From Octopus sinensis (taxonomy: Eukaryota), in NCBI RefSeq assembly GCF_006345805.1, contig NC_043020.1:17546001-17610000 (forward strand): 64,000 bases of DNA, given 5' to 3'. The first letter of the stretch is position 1. Each line of letters begins with the position of its first letter. Positions 11,713 to 23,270 of this stretch are shown piece after piece. Below the pieces are notes generated by a model. The model saw only the letters and a list, made by a program, of their open reading frames with translations, was not told where the DNA came from and did no database searches. A program made the translations under genes and the position numbers.

Positions 11713-12322
11713 TGTACGTACGTACGTACGTACGTACGTATGTATGTATGTATGTATGTATGTATGTATGTATGTATGTATGTATGTATGTATGTACGTA
11801 CGTACGTACGTACGTACGTACGTATGTATGTATGTTCTGGATATGACTTTAAACTTCATCCAGTAGCAGGAATTTGGTTCAGGAGTTCCAAGGTTCAGAG
11901 GTGTATGGAACCACCTGTTAACCACCACTATTCCCAGTTCTACTCAGACTTGGAGTAGTAGTACCTGTCAGGGTCTCAGCATTGGGTTAGCTAACATATG
12001 AATGACAGAACATAGAAATACTTAGGTCGGTCTCTGAGGGGTGCAGTAAGCCCACTGGGAGGGAGGAATCCCTGGTCTTTGCTAAGGCATCTCTCCGGGA
12101 GAAGGCTAACTTGTTTATAAAACCAGCTGCTCTACTGAGCCAGATATCTTGCAATTTGCTTGTCTCTGGGCTTGTTGGTGTTGGTGAGAGTCATGGTGGG
12201 GTTGTGTAAGCCATACTCAACTTAAAACCATTGCATGGGTAGAGCTGACACTTATCTGTCAGCAATGGTCATGCTTGCCTAACGAGTAAACAGCCATCGC
12301 CACATAGGTATGTATGCATCTA

Positions 12323-12824
12323 TCGAGTATAATCCGCATTTTTTTCCCAAAATTTACAGGTCAAAATCCTTAGTGCGTACTATATACGAGGTTAAAAATG
12401 AAAATTATTTTCTAAGCAATGTCCAAGTCTCTACTTGCTGTCCGGCAATATTTATTCAGACGCATTTTGTGATGTCAGGTGCGAAAATACCTTAAGCTAA
12501 GCCTGAAAGCAATGAAGTCATAAAAGGATCATCTATAATTTGCAGTAAGCAACATTTATTAAACGTTATTACTGTTATTTCTTTATTTTCTGCAAACAAA
12601 ATGCACAAAAAAGCTACACGTTTGCATTATGTTATATATACAGTAATAATAAAGGACGTTACCGTATACAATTTTATAAACCAAGGACGGTATATAGAAC
12701 TCCTTGACTCAAGTTAGAAAAGGGGTGCGTATTATACACAAGGTTTAGGTTTTTCAGAGTTACAGCCCCCTAAAAATCCCTTGCGTATTATACTCAAGAG
12801 CGGACTATACTCGAGGATTTATGG
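12323..12824. mobile_element. pogo/Tc1-mariner-type MITE (left TIR truncated)
   Basis: Colinear with 28010-28480; right TIR gcggactatactcgaggatttatgg followed by TA. Confidence 0.8.
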
Positions 12825-13588
12825 TATGTATGCATCTATGTATGTACATATGTATGTATGTATGTATGTATGTTTAGATGGATGGATGTGTGTGTGTGTG
12901 TGCATGTGCATATTTGTGTATATGTGTGCGCCATGTTTGTGTTCCTATTTACACAGGCCAAAACAAAACCCATCTGATTTTGTCTCTTAACTTACAAGTC
13001 TGAAAAACAAAAATCTATAACATAAGTACCAGACCAAAATATATACTGGAACTGATATATTAAATCAAAAATCCTTTGAAAGCAATGCTCCAGCATGTCC
13101 ACATTCCAATGACTAACTGAGACCAATGAATGAGTAAATTAGTGATTATGTTAGTGTACATTATATGTACAATATGTATATATGCATTTATTTGAATCTG
13201 TGTGTTTTTGTGTGTGTGTGTGTGTGAGTGTGTGTTTGAATAAATAGATAAATTAATGAAAAATATGTATGAATAAAAAAAGAACAAATGTGTAGGAAAG
13301 AATTCTTCACATAAAAAAATATCGACTTTTATTCTCTATTTCAATGTGCAGACGTTAAAGGGTACAGTTTTTTTCACATGATCTGGTCCCAGCTGAATCA
13401 GGATACTGCAGTGAATGGGTTTGAAAGCAACAGCAGCAGCAGCAGCAACAACAGAATGCATTATTAGCTGCAAAAACAGCATTTTCATTAACGAGATCAG
13501 TTTTTAATAAATGAAATATTAAAAGAACAAAACTAAACTAAAATGAGAAATAATATTTATTTATTTATTTATTATTTTTTTACATAGA

Positions 13589-13755
13589 TAGGCGCAGGAG
13601 TGGCTGTGTGGTAAGTAGCTTGCTAACCAACCATGTGGTTCCGGGTTCAGTCCCACTACATGGCATCTTGGGTAAGTGGCTTCTGCTATAGCCCCGGGCC
13701 GACCAATGCCTTGTGAGTGGATTTGGTAGGCGGAAACTGAAAGAAGCCCGTCGTA

Positions 13756-13786
<31 letters not shown>

Positions 13787-14000
13787 GCATGTGTGTGTTT
13801 GTGTGTCTGTGTTTGTCCCCCTAGTATTGCTTGACAACCGATGCTGGTGTGTTTACGTCCCTGTTACTTAGCGGTTCTGCAAAAGAGACCGATAGAATAA
13901 GTACTGGGCTTACAAAAGAATAAGTCCCGGGGTCGAGTTGCTCGATTAAAGGCGGTGCTCCAGCATGGCCGCAGTCAAATGACTGAAACAAGTAAAAGAA
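13589..14000 (+). mobile_element. SINE family A, full length
   Basis: Family A consensus. Confidence 0.9.
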
Positions 14001-14174
14001 AGTAAAGAGTATATAAGGCTAGAAATTTTTGTGTGGCCAGTGATTAAATCACCCGAAGTACTTGACTGATTCACTATTTTGTTGACTTTAAAAGGGCGAA
14101 ACACAGAGTTGATTTTGGTGAGAATTGGACTCAGAATACAAAAGACATTAAATAAATAATACAAATTCTCTCTC

Positions 14175-14385
14175 TCTTTTACTTGTTTCAGTCATTTGAC
14201 TGCAGCCATGCTGGAGCACTGCCTTTAGTCGAGCAGATCGACCCCAGGACTTATTCTTTGTAAGCCTAGTACTTACTCTATCAGTCTCTTTTGCCAAACC
14301 GCTAGGTTACGGGGGACGTAAACACACCACCATCGGTTGTCAAGCGATGTTGGGGGGACAAACACAGACACAAACATATACACAG

Positions 14386-14436
<51 letters not shown>

Positions 14437-14438
14437 TA
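14175..14438 (-). mobile_element. SINE family A, 3' half (interrupted by CR1 insertion)
   Basis: 14254-14438 is duplicated at 15316-15494. Confidence 0.85.
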
Positions 14439-14567
14439 TATACTCAAAATAAGCTTATTTTGATTATAATCACCCCACAAATTTTTATGGATAACACTAT
14501 ACAAAATTCTGGTGCATCTAAATTAAGTACCATATTCATTCGAATCTAAATTTTTGCTGAACTTATA

Positions 14568-14582
<15 letters not shown>

Positions 14583-14599
<17 letters not shown>

Positions 14600-15315
14600 A
14601 ATATAATAATAATTGTGTACAGTGCTCAGGTGCACTACAACTCATCTAAAGTGTATATATAATCAGGTTGTAGTTTCGGCGGATTTCGGAAAGCATGAGG
14701 GCCTTAAAAGATGCAGTGTCATGGCAGTCAACAACTGACGCAGGCAGTTTATTCCATGCTTCAGCAACTCTGAGCGTGAAAAAATGTTTCCGAAAGTCAT
14801 GGGAGCTGTATTGTTTTCTGACTTTGTAGGCATGTCCACGTGTGTTAGACACATGGAGATCAAAAAGGTGTTCAGTGTTGTTGTTGGTGAGGTGGTTGAT
14901 AACTTTGTGGGTGTTTACCAAGTCCGTCGCCAAACGCCGGAGCTTCAGTGAATCCATGCCCAGGGAAACAAGGCGCTCAGAATATGGTTGGTGTCTGATG
15001 GAGGTATGCGTTTGGTTGCACGTCTCTGGACAGATTCCAGGAGGTCAATGTTCTGTGCAAGATAGGGGTTCCAAACTGATGATGCGAATTCCAAGTGTGG
15101 TCGTACCATAGCTGTATACAGTTTTAAATAGATGGCTGGAGAGCGGCTAACAAAAGACCTGCTGAGTGATGCCAAGACACCCTCGGCCTTCCTGACAATC
15201 TTAGAGATATGCTTTGACCAACGCAAATCACTGCTGACAGTGATGCCTAGGTCACGCTCGCAAGAGGATTTCTTGATATCAGTGTTGTGGAGGGAGTATG
15301 TGAACGCAGGGTTTT
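14583..15315 (-). pseudogene. 5'-truncated CR1-clade LINE 3' end with (TTA)n tail
   Basis: LYTAMVRPHLEFASSVWNPY...LESVQRRATKRIP and TRGHAYKV...RKHFFTLRVAEAWNKLP; one frameshift; short 3' UTR, then a trinucleotide tail. Confidence 0.9.
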
Positions 15316-15447
15316 TTCTTTGTAAGCCTAGTACTTACTCTATCAGTCTCTTTTGCCAAACCGCTAGGTTACGGGGGACGTAAACACACCACCATCGGTT
15401 GTCAAGCGATGTTGGGGGGACAAACACAGACACAAACATATACACAG

Positions 15448-15492
<45 letters not shown>

Positions 15493-15646
15493 TACGATGG
15501 TTTTCTTTCAGTTTCCGTCTACCAAATCCACTCACAAGGCTTTGGTCGGTCTGACACTATAGTAGAAGACACTTGCCCAAAGTGCCATGCAGTGGGACTG
15601 AACCTGGAACCATGTGGTTGGTAAGCAAGCTACTTACCACACAGCC
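15316..15646 (-). mobile_element. SINE family A, 5' portion
   Basis: Continues to the tRNA-like head at 15646. Confidence 0.85.
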
Positions 15647-15669
15647 TCGAATAGCAATAATAATAATAA

Positions 15670-16500
15670 TGGTTCCAAATTTTGCCACAAGAGCAGCAAT
15701 TTTGGGGGAGAAGGCTAGTTGATTACATCGACCCCACCATTCAACTGGTACTTATTTTATTGACCCCAAAAGGATGAAAGGCAAAGTCGATCTCAGTGAA
15801 ATTTGAACTCAACAATAATATGTTGTTTCAAATTTTTGCCACAAGGGCAGCTTGGGGGAGAGGATTAAGTCGACTACATCAACCCCGGTGTGTAACTGGT
15901 ACTTATTTCATCAACCCTGAAAGGATGAAAGGCAAAGTTGACCTCAGTAGAATTAGAACTCAGAATGTAGACGGGTGAAATGCCACTAAGCATTTCACCC
16001 GACGTTCTAAAGATTCTACGAGTTCACCGCCTTACAATAATAATATAATAATGGTTTCAAATATTGCTATGAGGCCAATAATTTGGGGGCAGGGGACTAG
16101 GCAATTACATCAACTCCAATATCTCACAGGCACTTAATTTATGAACCCCAAAATGATGAGAAGTAGAGTCAATCTCAGTGAAATATGAACTCAGAATATA
16201 AAGACAGGCAAAATGTCGCTAAACATTTTGCCTGGCGTGCTAACGATTCTGCCATCTTACCACCTTCAATAATAATAATAATCCTTTCTACTAAAGGCAC
16301 AAGGCCTTAAATTTTGGGGGAAGGGACTAGTCAATTACATTGACCTCAGTGTTTCACTGGTACTTAATTTATTGACCCCGAAAGGATGAAAGGCAAAGTC
16401 AATCTTGGCAGAATTTGAACTCAGAATGTAAAGACAGATGAAATTCTGCTGAGCATTTTGCCCAGCATGCTAACAATTCTGCCAGCTTGCCACCTTCAAT
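15670..16500 (-). mobile_element. Tandem cluster of ~4 short family-B SINEs separated by (AAT)n
   Basis: Repeated gattacatcgacccc...ctggtactta...aggatgaaaggcaaagtcga...gaatttgaactcag. Confidence 0.8.
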
Positions 16501-16513
16501 AATAATAATAATG

Positions 16514-17058
16514 CCCTGATGCAGTACCAGGCAGTGGCTCTCATGGCTTCTGATCTTAACTGATTGGAAGTGTTATCATGTACAGTTTTGTCTTGGTATA
16601 AAAGATGGGCTACAGCAAATATTCTACCCAATACCACAGATTTGCTTGTCAGTTGTTTGACCTTAACCAGTTGAGCACGTCCTTTAGTGGCTGATGATAT
16701 GTGCATCTCTGATCACAAGCAGAAGTAGTGGGGAGCATCATAGCCATGTGTTGAGAGAGATTCTTTGGGGTTTGAATAATTCACCTTTGGAAACACGGGT
16801 GTTTCGTTCAACATCTTTAAACAACCCTTATTCAGGGACCTTTTGAGCAGGATGGGCTACTCGACCAGAAGAAAATTCTAACTGGGCCCCACCTGCAAAG
16901 TCATGCACTGTTTATCTTGATATGAGATCACCAAGTTGCACACATATGGTTGTAATGCATGTGCCTAGTGTACCCTTACCAGACGGGTAGTCATGATGGG
17001 TATACTGGGGTTCGTATATTTTACCCCAGTGTCACTTTGATGGCATGCACTATTCTCT
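16514..17058. mobile_element. Unclassified ~545-bp interspersed repeat embedded in (AAT)n
   Basis: (AAT)n on both sides; core 16610-16780 shared with 145-290 (reverse complement) and 28940-29093. Confidence 0.45.
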
Positions 17059-17099
17059 TAATAATAATAATAATAATAATATAATAATAATAATAATAA

Positions 17100-18140
17100 T
17101 CCTTTCTACTATAGGCACAAGGTCTGGAATTTTGGGGGAGTGTTTAAGTTGATTACATCGACTTCAATACTCCACTGGTACTTAATTTATTGACCATGAA
17201 AGGATGAAAGGCAAAGTCGACCTCAGCAGGGTTTGAACTCAGAATGTAGCAACAGGAGAAATAGCACTAAGCATTTAGTCCAGCTTGCTAACAATTCTTA
17301 TTTCTTTATTGCCCACAAGGGGCTAAACATAGAGGAGACAAACAAGGACAGACAAAGGGATTAAGTCACTTACATCGACCTCAGTGCGTAACTGGTACTT
17401 AATTAATCGACCCCGAAAGTATGAAAGGCAAAGTCGACCTCGGCGGAAGTTGAACTCAGAAAGTAACGGCAGACGAAATACCTATTTCTTTACTACCCAC
17501 AAGGGGCTAAACACAGAAACAAACAAGGACAAAGAGATCAAGTTGATCACATCGACCCCAGTGTGTAACTGGTCCTTAATTTCTCGACCCCGAAAGGATG
17601 AAAGGCGAAGTCGACCTCGGCGGAACTTAAACTCAGAACGTAGCGGCAGACGAAATACCGCTTAGCATTTCGCCCAGCGTGCTAACGTTTCTGCCAGCTC
17701 GCCACCTTAAATAATAACAATAATGATAATGATGATTATTATTATTTCTAATATTGGCACAGTGCTGCAGATTATGGGGGAGGGTGGTATAATCGATGAA
17801 ATCGATCTTAGTTTTTGATCGTTAAAATATTTTATCCGCCCAAAAGTATGGAGAGGTAAAGTGGGATTTGAACTCTCAAAGGACCATAAATAAATAAGGT
17901 ACCTTAACAATTTTGCCAACCCAAATGATAATGAGATCTATTAATAACAATAATTGTTTCAACTTGTGGCACAAGTCCAGCAGTTTTAGCGGGAACAATT
18001 TAGTCGAGAATATTGACTCCAGTACTTGACTGGTACTTTATTTTATCGACCCAGAAAGAATGAAACGCAAAGTTGACCTCGGCGTGTTTTGAACTCAGAA
18101 CGTACAGAGCCGAAATAAATGCCACCGAGCATTTTGTCGA
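17100..18140 (-). mobile_element. Tandem cluster of family-B SINEs
   Basis: At least 5 head-to-tail full or partial copies; the copies at 17316-17707 retain many CpGs. Confidence 0.8.
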
Positions 18141-19259
18141 GTCAATGGTAATATTTTCCTTATGAACCAGAAGGATTGACAAAAACATCAAAAATGGTCC
18201 ATAATGATAGAGTGTGGGATTACATAAAACCGCTTAAATAAGGGAAATAACACAGATAACATCAAGATAGTATCGAGGTTAACAAAGATGTTTTTTTTGT
18301 TGTTGCAGACCAGCCTTGATCAATCAGATCTATGATCTATATTATCCGAGTAGTTCTTCCTTTTTCAAGACGGTTGGGGGATTGATATAAGGAAGATTTG
18401 ACTGCTATTTCAAACGAGTGCAGCAGAGGAAAATGATTAGGAAGACAGAGAGAGGGATAAAAAGAGAGAGAGAGAGAGATTGTTAGGGGGGGAAAAAAGA
18501 CAAAAACAAATTGAGTGAAAGAAGACGGTAGGAGCAAAAAAAAAAAAAAGAAAAAGACAGAATGAAAGGAGAGAGAGAGACAGAACGAATAAACGAGAGA
18601 AAAAAGATATGGAAAGAAAGAAAGAGTAAACGAAAGTACATGCGTTTAAAGAGAAGATAGAGAGAATGAATGAATTGGTGTCCTTTTACTTATAGTAGTC
18701 GGGATAAGAGTATCATTCGTTTTACTACTAAGTGGGATGGGGTCTTTGCCAAAGTGACAAACCTTTACCTAGAACATACTTCCACCGGTCTATCCCACCG
18801 ACCAGCCACCAACAGACCATACCAAAGTTTCATTGTTTTATTTACCATCACTACTGCTACCGCCAACTGTCTTTTCTCGCTGACCCGATTGACAGACACA
18901 GACCCTCTTTCGCAGTTCTATCTTTCGTTCACCCCTCACTATATCCTTCTGACCCAGCACAGAACACCTTACAGCAATGCCGCCCGTTTTCTAATAGTGC
19001 AAAACTGTCTTAGCGTTAGAACCCACCCCACCACTTTTAAAGGAGTCGGAGGAAAGGAGAAAGAAGTTACAGAAAACCGTAATATTGTTCCATCATGATT
19101 TACTCCAACCGTCACCACCACCACCAACCACATGCACAACACGAGTATCAACAAACCAACGAGGACGCTTCTTATACCGTTGCTTGACTTGCTAGAAATA
19201 GCAGCTAAATTTCCTTCAAAATTACACCCCAACCATTTAAATAAAAGACGGGATCGTGT

Positions 19260-19435
19260 TTAATTTCTATCGACCATTTGAAATTCACCAGATTTTTTTT
19301 TTTCATTTTCATGTAAACCTTTTTGTATTATTAATTTTTAAAAGTAAAATGAATAAGATTTTCGTAATTAGTGTGCAAAACTACATTTTTTGAAAATAAT
19401 CTGGTGAAAATTTGAAAAGGTTGAAAGAAATTTAA
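19260..19435. mobile_element. AT-rich palindromic MITE inserted in a family-D repeat
   Basis: Imperfect TIRs ttaatttctatcgacc...ttcaccagatt / aatctggtgaa...ggttgaaagaaatttaa. Confidence 0.5.
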
Positions 19436-20417
19436 CAAGATTCCATATTTGATAATGTGGTTTTATTTTTCACTAAAAGACGGGACGGACACTTCAGAAT
19501 GCGTCTGATGATAAGCCTCCTCGATCAGGGTCGACCTGGGGTTAAATAGGAACGACTTCGTTCGCAACTCAGTCACCGACATACGGAAAGACTAAGACAG
19601 AAAGAGAGAGCGAGAGAAAAGAAGACAGGAGTAATCCTATAAACCATTCTCCTTCCATAAGTAATTCTACCATCTCTGCTGCCAGAAACATCCACCAACA
19701 CTACTAACATAAACCAACATAATACATACATACATACACAACCCCAGCCAAATGTGAGCGCCTTTATGGAGTCATTTAACTCGCTAGAAAGAAAAAGCCC
19801 CACCAAATCTCTCAAATAAAACCTGCAAGAAGAAAGGACATTGAATAACGTAGTCTACGATAAACTATGTATAAAAAGACGGGGTGGTCATGGGTAGAAT
19901 GCTTCTGATCATATGTGTCTGCTCGACCACGATAACATTTACTAACATCACTGCTACAATCAGCAATATGCAGTAATTAGTATAGAGTTAGCGAGGGAGC
20001 CTTTTTATATAGTGACTCTAAATGCTGGAAATAGTAGCCAAATCTCACCCAAAGTACATCGTACCGTCTTGAAAGGGAAAGGACATTGAATAAGGCAATC
20101 TTATGAGTGTTTCTGTCTGTGTGCGTGTGTGAGAGAGAGAGAGAACACGAAATGGAATGCGTTTGATCATAGAACTGCTCAGTTAGAGTTGACCTAGGGC
20201 GAAATAACAATAACAACACCATTGCTACTATCAACACCACTACCAAAACAACTTGCCACTTCTCGTCCCATTCAGCGACCGACTGACACAGAGAGAGAAG
20301 GAAAGACAGGGAGGGAGACAGAAATACCATTCCACGGTGCCATCAACGCCAATCATAAGCATTACCATCACTATCAACAACAACAACAACAACAACCACA
20401 ACACGAGCCAACGTGGA

Positions 20418-20674
20418 CAACCTTTACGGTGTCACTTAACCCGTTGCTAGAAATAGCAGCCAACCTTTATGGTGTCACTTAACCCGTTGCTAGAAATAGC
20501 AGCCAACCTTTATGGTGTCACTTAACCCGTTGCTAGAAATAGCAGCCAACCTTTACGGTGTCACTTAACCCGTTGCTAGAAATAGCAGCCAACCTTTACG
20601 GTGTCACTTAACCCGTTGCTAGAAATAGCAGCCAACCTTTACGGTGTCACTTAACCGTTGCTAGAAATAGCAGC
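20418..20674 (+). repeat. Tandem repeat, 6 x 43 bp
   Basis: caaccttta(c/t)ggtgtcacttaacccgttgctagaaatagcagc starting at 20418, 20461, 20504, 20547, 20590 and 20633. Confidence 0.95.
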
Positions 20675-20924
20675 CAAATCTCTCTCAAAATCAACACCCT
20701 ATACCATCTTATAGAAAAAAGAACGACATATTAGATAGCGTAGTTTGAAAAATAAAAAAATTCTAATGACAAAACGTAACGAGATGGTCATGCCTGGAGC
20801 GCTATAGGTCTGCGTCATCGGAACTGACCTCAGGCTAAGCAACACCAACAACAACAACGACCTGCTAGTAGCACTTTTTAATTCACCACAACTAGCGACC
20901 GAGTTAGAAAAACAGGGAGAGAAA

Positions 20925-21245
20925 CCATTCCGCTATTCCGTTCCCTTCGCCATCACCACCATTCCGCTATTCTGTTCTCTTCGCCACCACCACCATTCCG
21001 CTATTCTGTTCTCTTCGCCACCGCCACCACCACCACCATTCCGCTATTCTGTTCTCTTCGCCATCACCGCCACCACCACCACCACCACCACCACCACCAC
21101 CACCACCACCATTCCGCTATTCTGTTCTCTTCGCCACCACCGCCACCACCATTCCGCTATTCTGTTCTCTTCGCCACCGCGACCGCCACCACCATTCCGC
21201 TATTCTGTTCTTTTCGCCATCACCGCCGCCACCACCACGACCACC
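20925..21245. repeat. Minisatellite: 7 copies of attccgctattctgttctcttcgcca separated by variable (CAC)n
   Basis: Cores at 20927, 20961, 20995, 21038, 21111, 21151 and 21194. Confidence 0.9.
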
Positions 21246-21409
21246 ACCATTGACACCTCTCTGCTAAACGTCATCACTATTAACAATGACAACATCGCCC
21301 TCTTCACCCAGCCAACACCGTCGCCATTATCATTGACACGACAAGCATTCTCTTTAAACATCATCATCATCACTAGAATCGCCACCACTTTACTTTTCCA
21401 TCTACCACT

Positions 21410-22050
21410 ACAGTTATCATCACCAATACCACCACCACCACCATCATCAGAATTATTAGCTGTATTTTTATTAACACCGCCGCCGCCTCCATCATCATCA
21501 ACAATACCGGCACCGTCATCGACACCGCCGCCGCCGCCAACAGCAACATCACCACCGTTCCTTTAATACCATTACCATCATTGTCATCGGCACCACCGCC
21601 ACCATTATCATTAAACTCAATCAACATCATCACCACCACCACCCTCATCACCACCGCCACCATCACCACTACCACAACCACAACCATCACCACCACTGCC
21701 TTCCACCATCACCACCACCATCGACACCACCAGCATCACCAAAACCAACACCACTACCACTACCACAACCATCACCACCACTGCCTTCCACCATCACCAC
21801 CACCATCGACACCACCAGCATCACCAAAACCAACACCACTACCACTACCACAACCACCACCACCACTGCCTTCCACCATCAACATCATCATCACCACCAC
21901 CATCGACACCACCAACATCACCAAAACCAACACCAACACACTGCCTTCCACCATCAACACCATCACCATCTACACCACCAGCATCACCAAAACCAACACA
22001 AACACCACTACCACCACCACCTTCAACACCACCACCACCACCATTACCAT
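21410..22050. repeat. CAC/CAT-rich low-complexity tract with internal duplications
   Basis: Seen directly. Confidence 0.9.
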
Positions 22051-22155
22051 TACAAGTTCTGTATGTAGTCCCTTCTCCGCTTTGACGCTTTCATTCCTCA
22101 CTCCCTCACTCTCTCTTTCTTTCTCTTTCGCTCTCTCTCTCTCTCTCACACACAC

Positions 22156-22349
22156 AGTTTGGTTACAGCTGAAATATCAGCCTTCACATTTTCACTTCGA
22201 TTTCATTGCAATTCTCTTTTACTAAACACTATTTTTACGGATTTTTCTTCAAGACATTTTGGACCCACACATACAAAAAAGCAAAAAGCACCTTTTATTT
22301 TCCTCGAAGACGTTTGGCAACTTTTACACGCTGTCTCAATGTTTTTCAC
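22156..22349 (+). other. Candidate first exon (5' UTR plus ATG TTT TTC AC) of a + strand gene
   Basis: Follows a (CT)n tract and Inr-like ACAGTT; unique sequence with no ATG until 22339; ends at the donor cac|GTGAGT (22350-22355). Confidence 0.3.
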
Positions 22350-22477
22350 GTGAGTTATGGTTATAATATTGTATATAAATTCTTGTTTTCTTGATTTTAA
22401 CCTTTCTCTCTACACACGCTTTTCTCTCCAAGAAAAACCTGTCTATTGACAATTTTTTACCGGCCCAAGACGACTGC

Positions 22478-23270
22478 ATGTGTGTGTGTATATATATATA
22501 TAGACACAGGCAGTCTGGGCATTTATTTATGTATGCATATATATGTATGTTTGTATTATATATATGTATGAGTTTGGCTGTGTTTATTTACATACACATA
22601 ATATAGAAGATATATATATATATATATGTGTGTGTGTATATATATATAAATGTATATATATATATACATGTGTATATATGTATATATATATACATATATA
22701 CATGTGTATATATGTATATATATATATGTACATATATTTACACACATATGTACATATATTTACACACATATGTACATATATTTACACACATATGTACATA
22801 TATTTACACACATATGTACATATATTTACACACATATATGTACATATAATATACACACATATATGTACATATATATATACACACATATATGTACATATAT
22901 ATATACACACATATATATGTACATATATATATACACACATATATGTACATATATATATACACATATATGTACATATATTTACACACATATATGTACATAT
23001 ATATATACACACATATATATGTACATATATATATACAAACATATATGTACATATATATATACAAACATATATGTACATATATATATATACACACACATAT
23101 ATGTACATATATTTACACACATATGTACATATATTTACACACATATATACACACATATATATGTACATATATATATACACATATATATGTACATATATAT
23201 ACACATATATATGTACATATATATACAGACATATATGTACATATATATACATATGTATACACACACACAC
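22478..23270. repeat. TA/CA-derived micro/minisatellite (unit like tacacacatatgtacatatatt)
   Basis: Seen directly. Confidence 0.95.

Larger units (their letters stand above)
19180..20860 (+). mobile_element. Cluster of family-D repeats (gctagaaatagcagc...gacctggggctaa(aca)n)
   Basis: Copies at ~19180-19550, 19775-19930, 20020-20220 and 20418-20860; reverse copy at ~18300-18420. Confidence 0.6.

Noticed and set aside
18670-19098. 142-aa ORF
   Set aside because: No recognisable domain, no splice or codon-bias support, and it lies among degenerate repeats.
20418-21245. Regular repeats resembling a CRISPR array
   Set aside because: The 43-bp units have no spacers, the other array's spacers are only (CAC)n, there are no cas genes, and the context is eukaryotic.
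21581-22225. 214-aa T/H/P-rich ORF
   Set aside because: Derived from (CAC)n low-complexity DNA, has a non-ATG start and runs into (CT)n; no domain or splice support.
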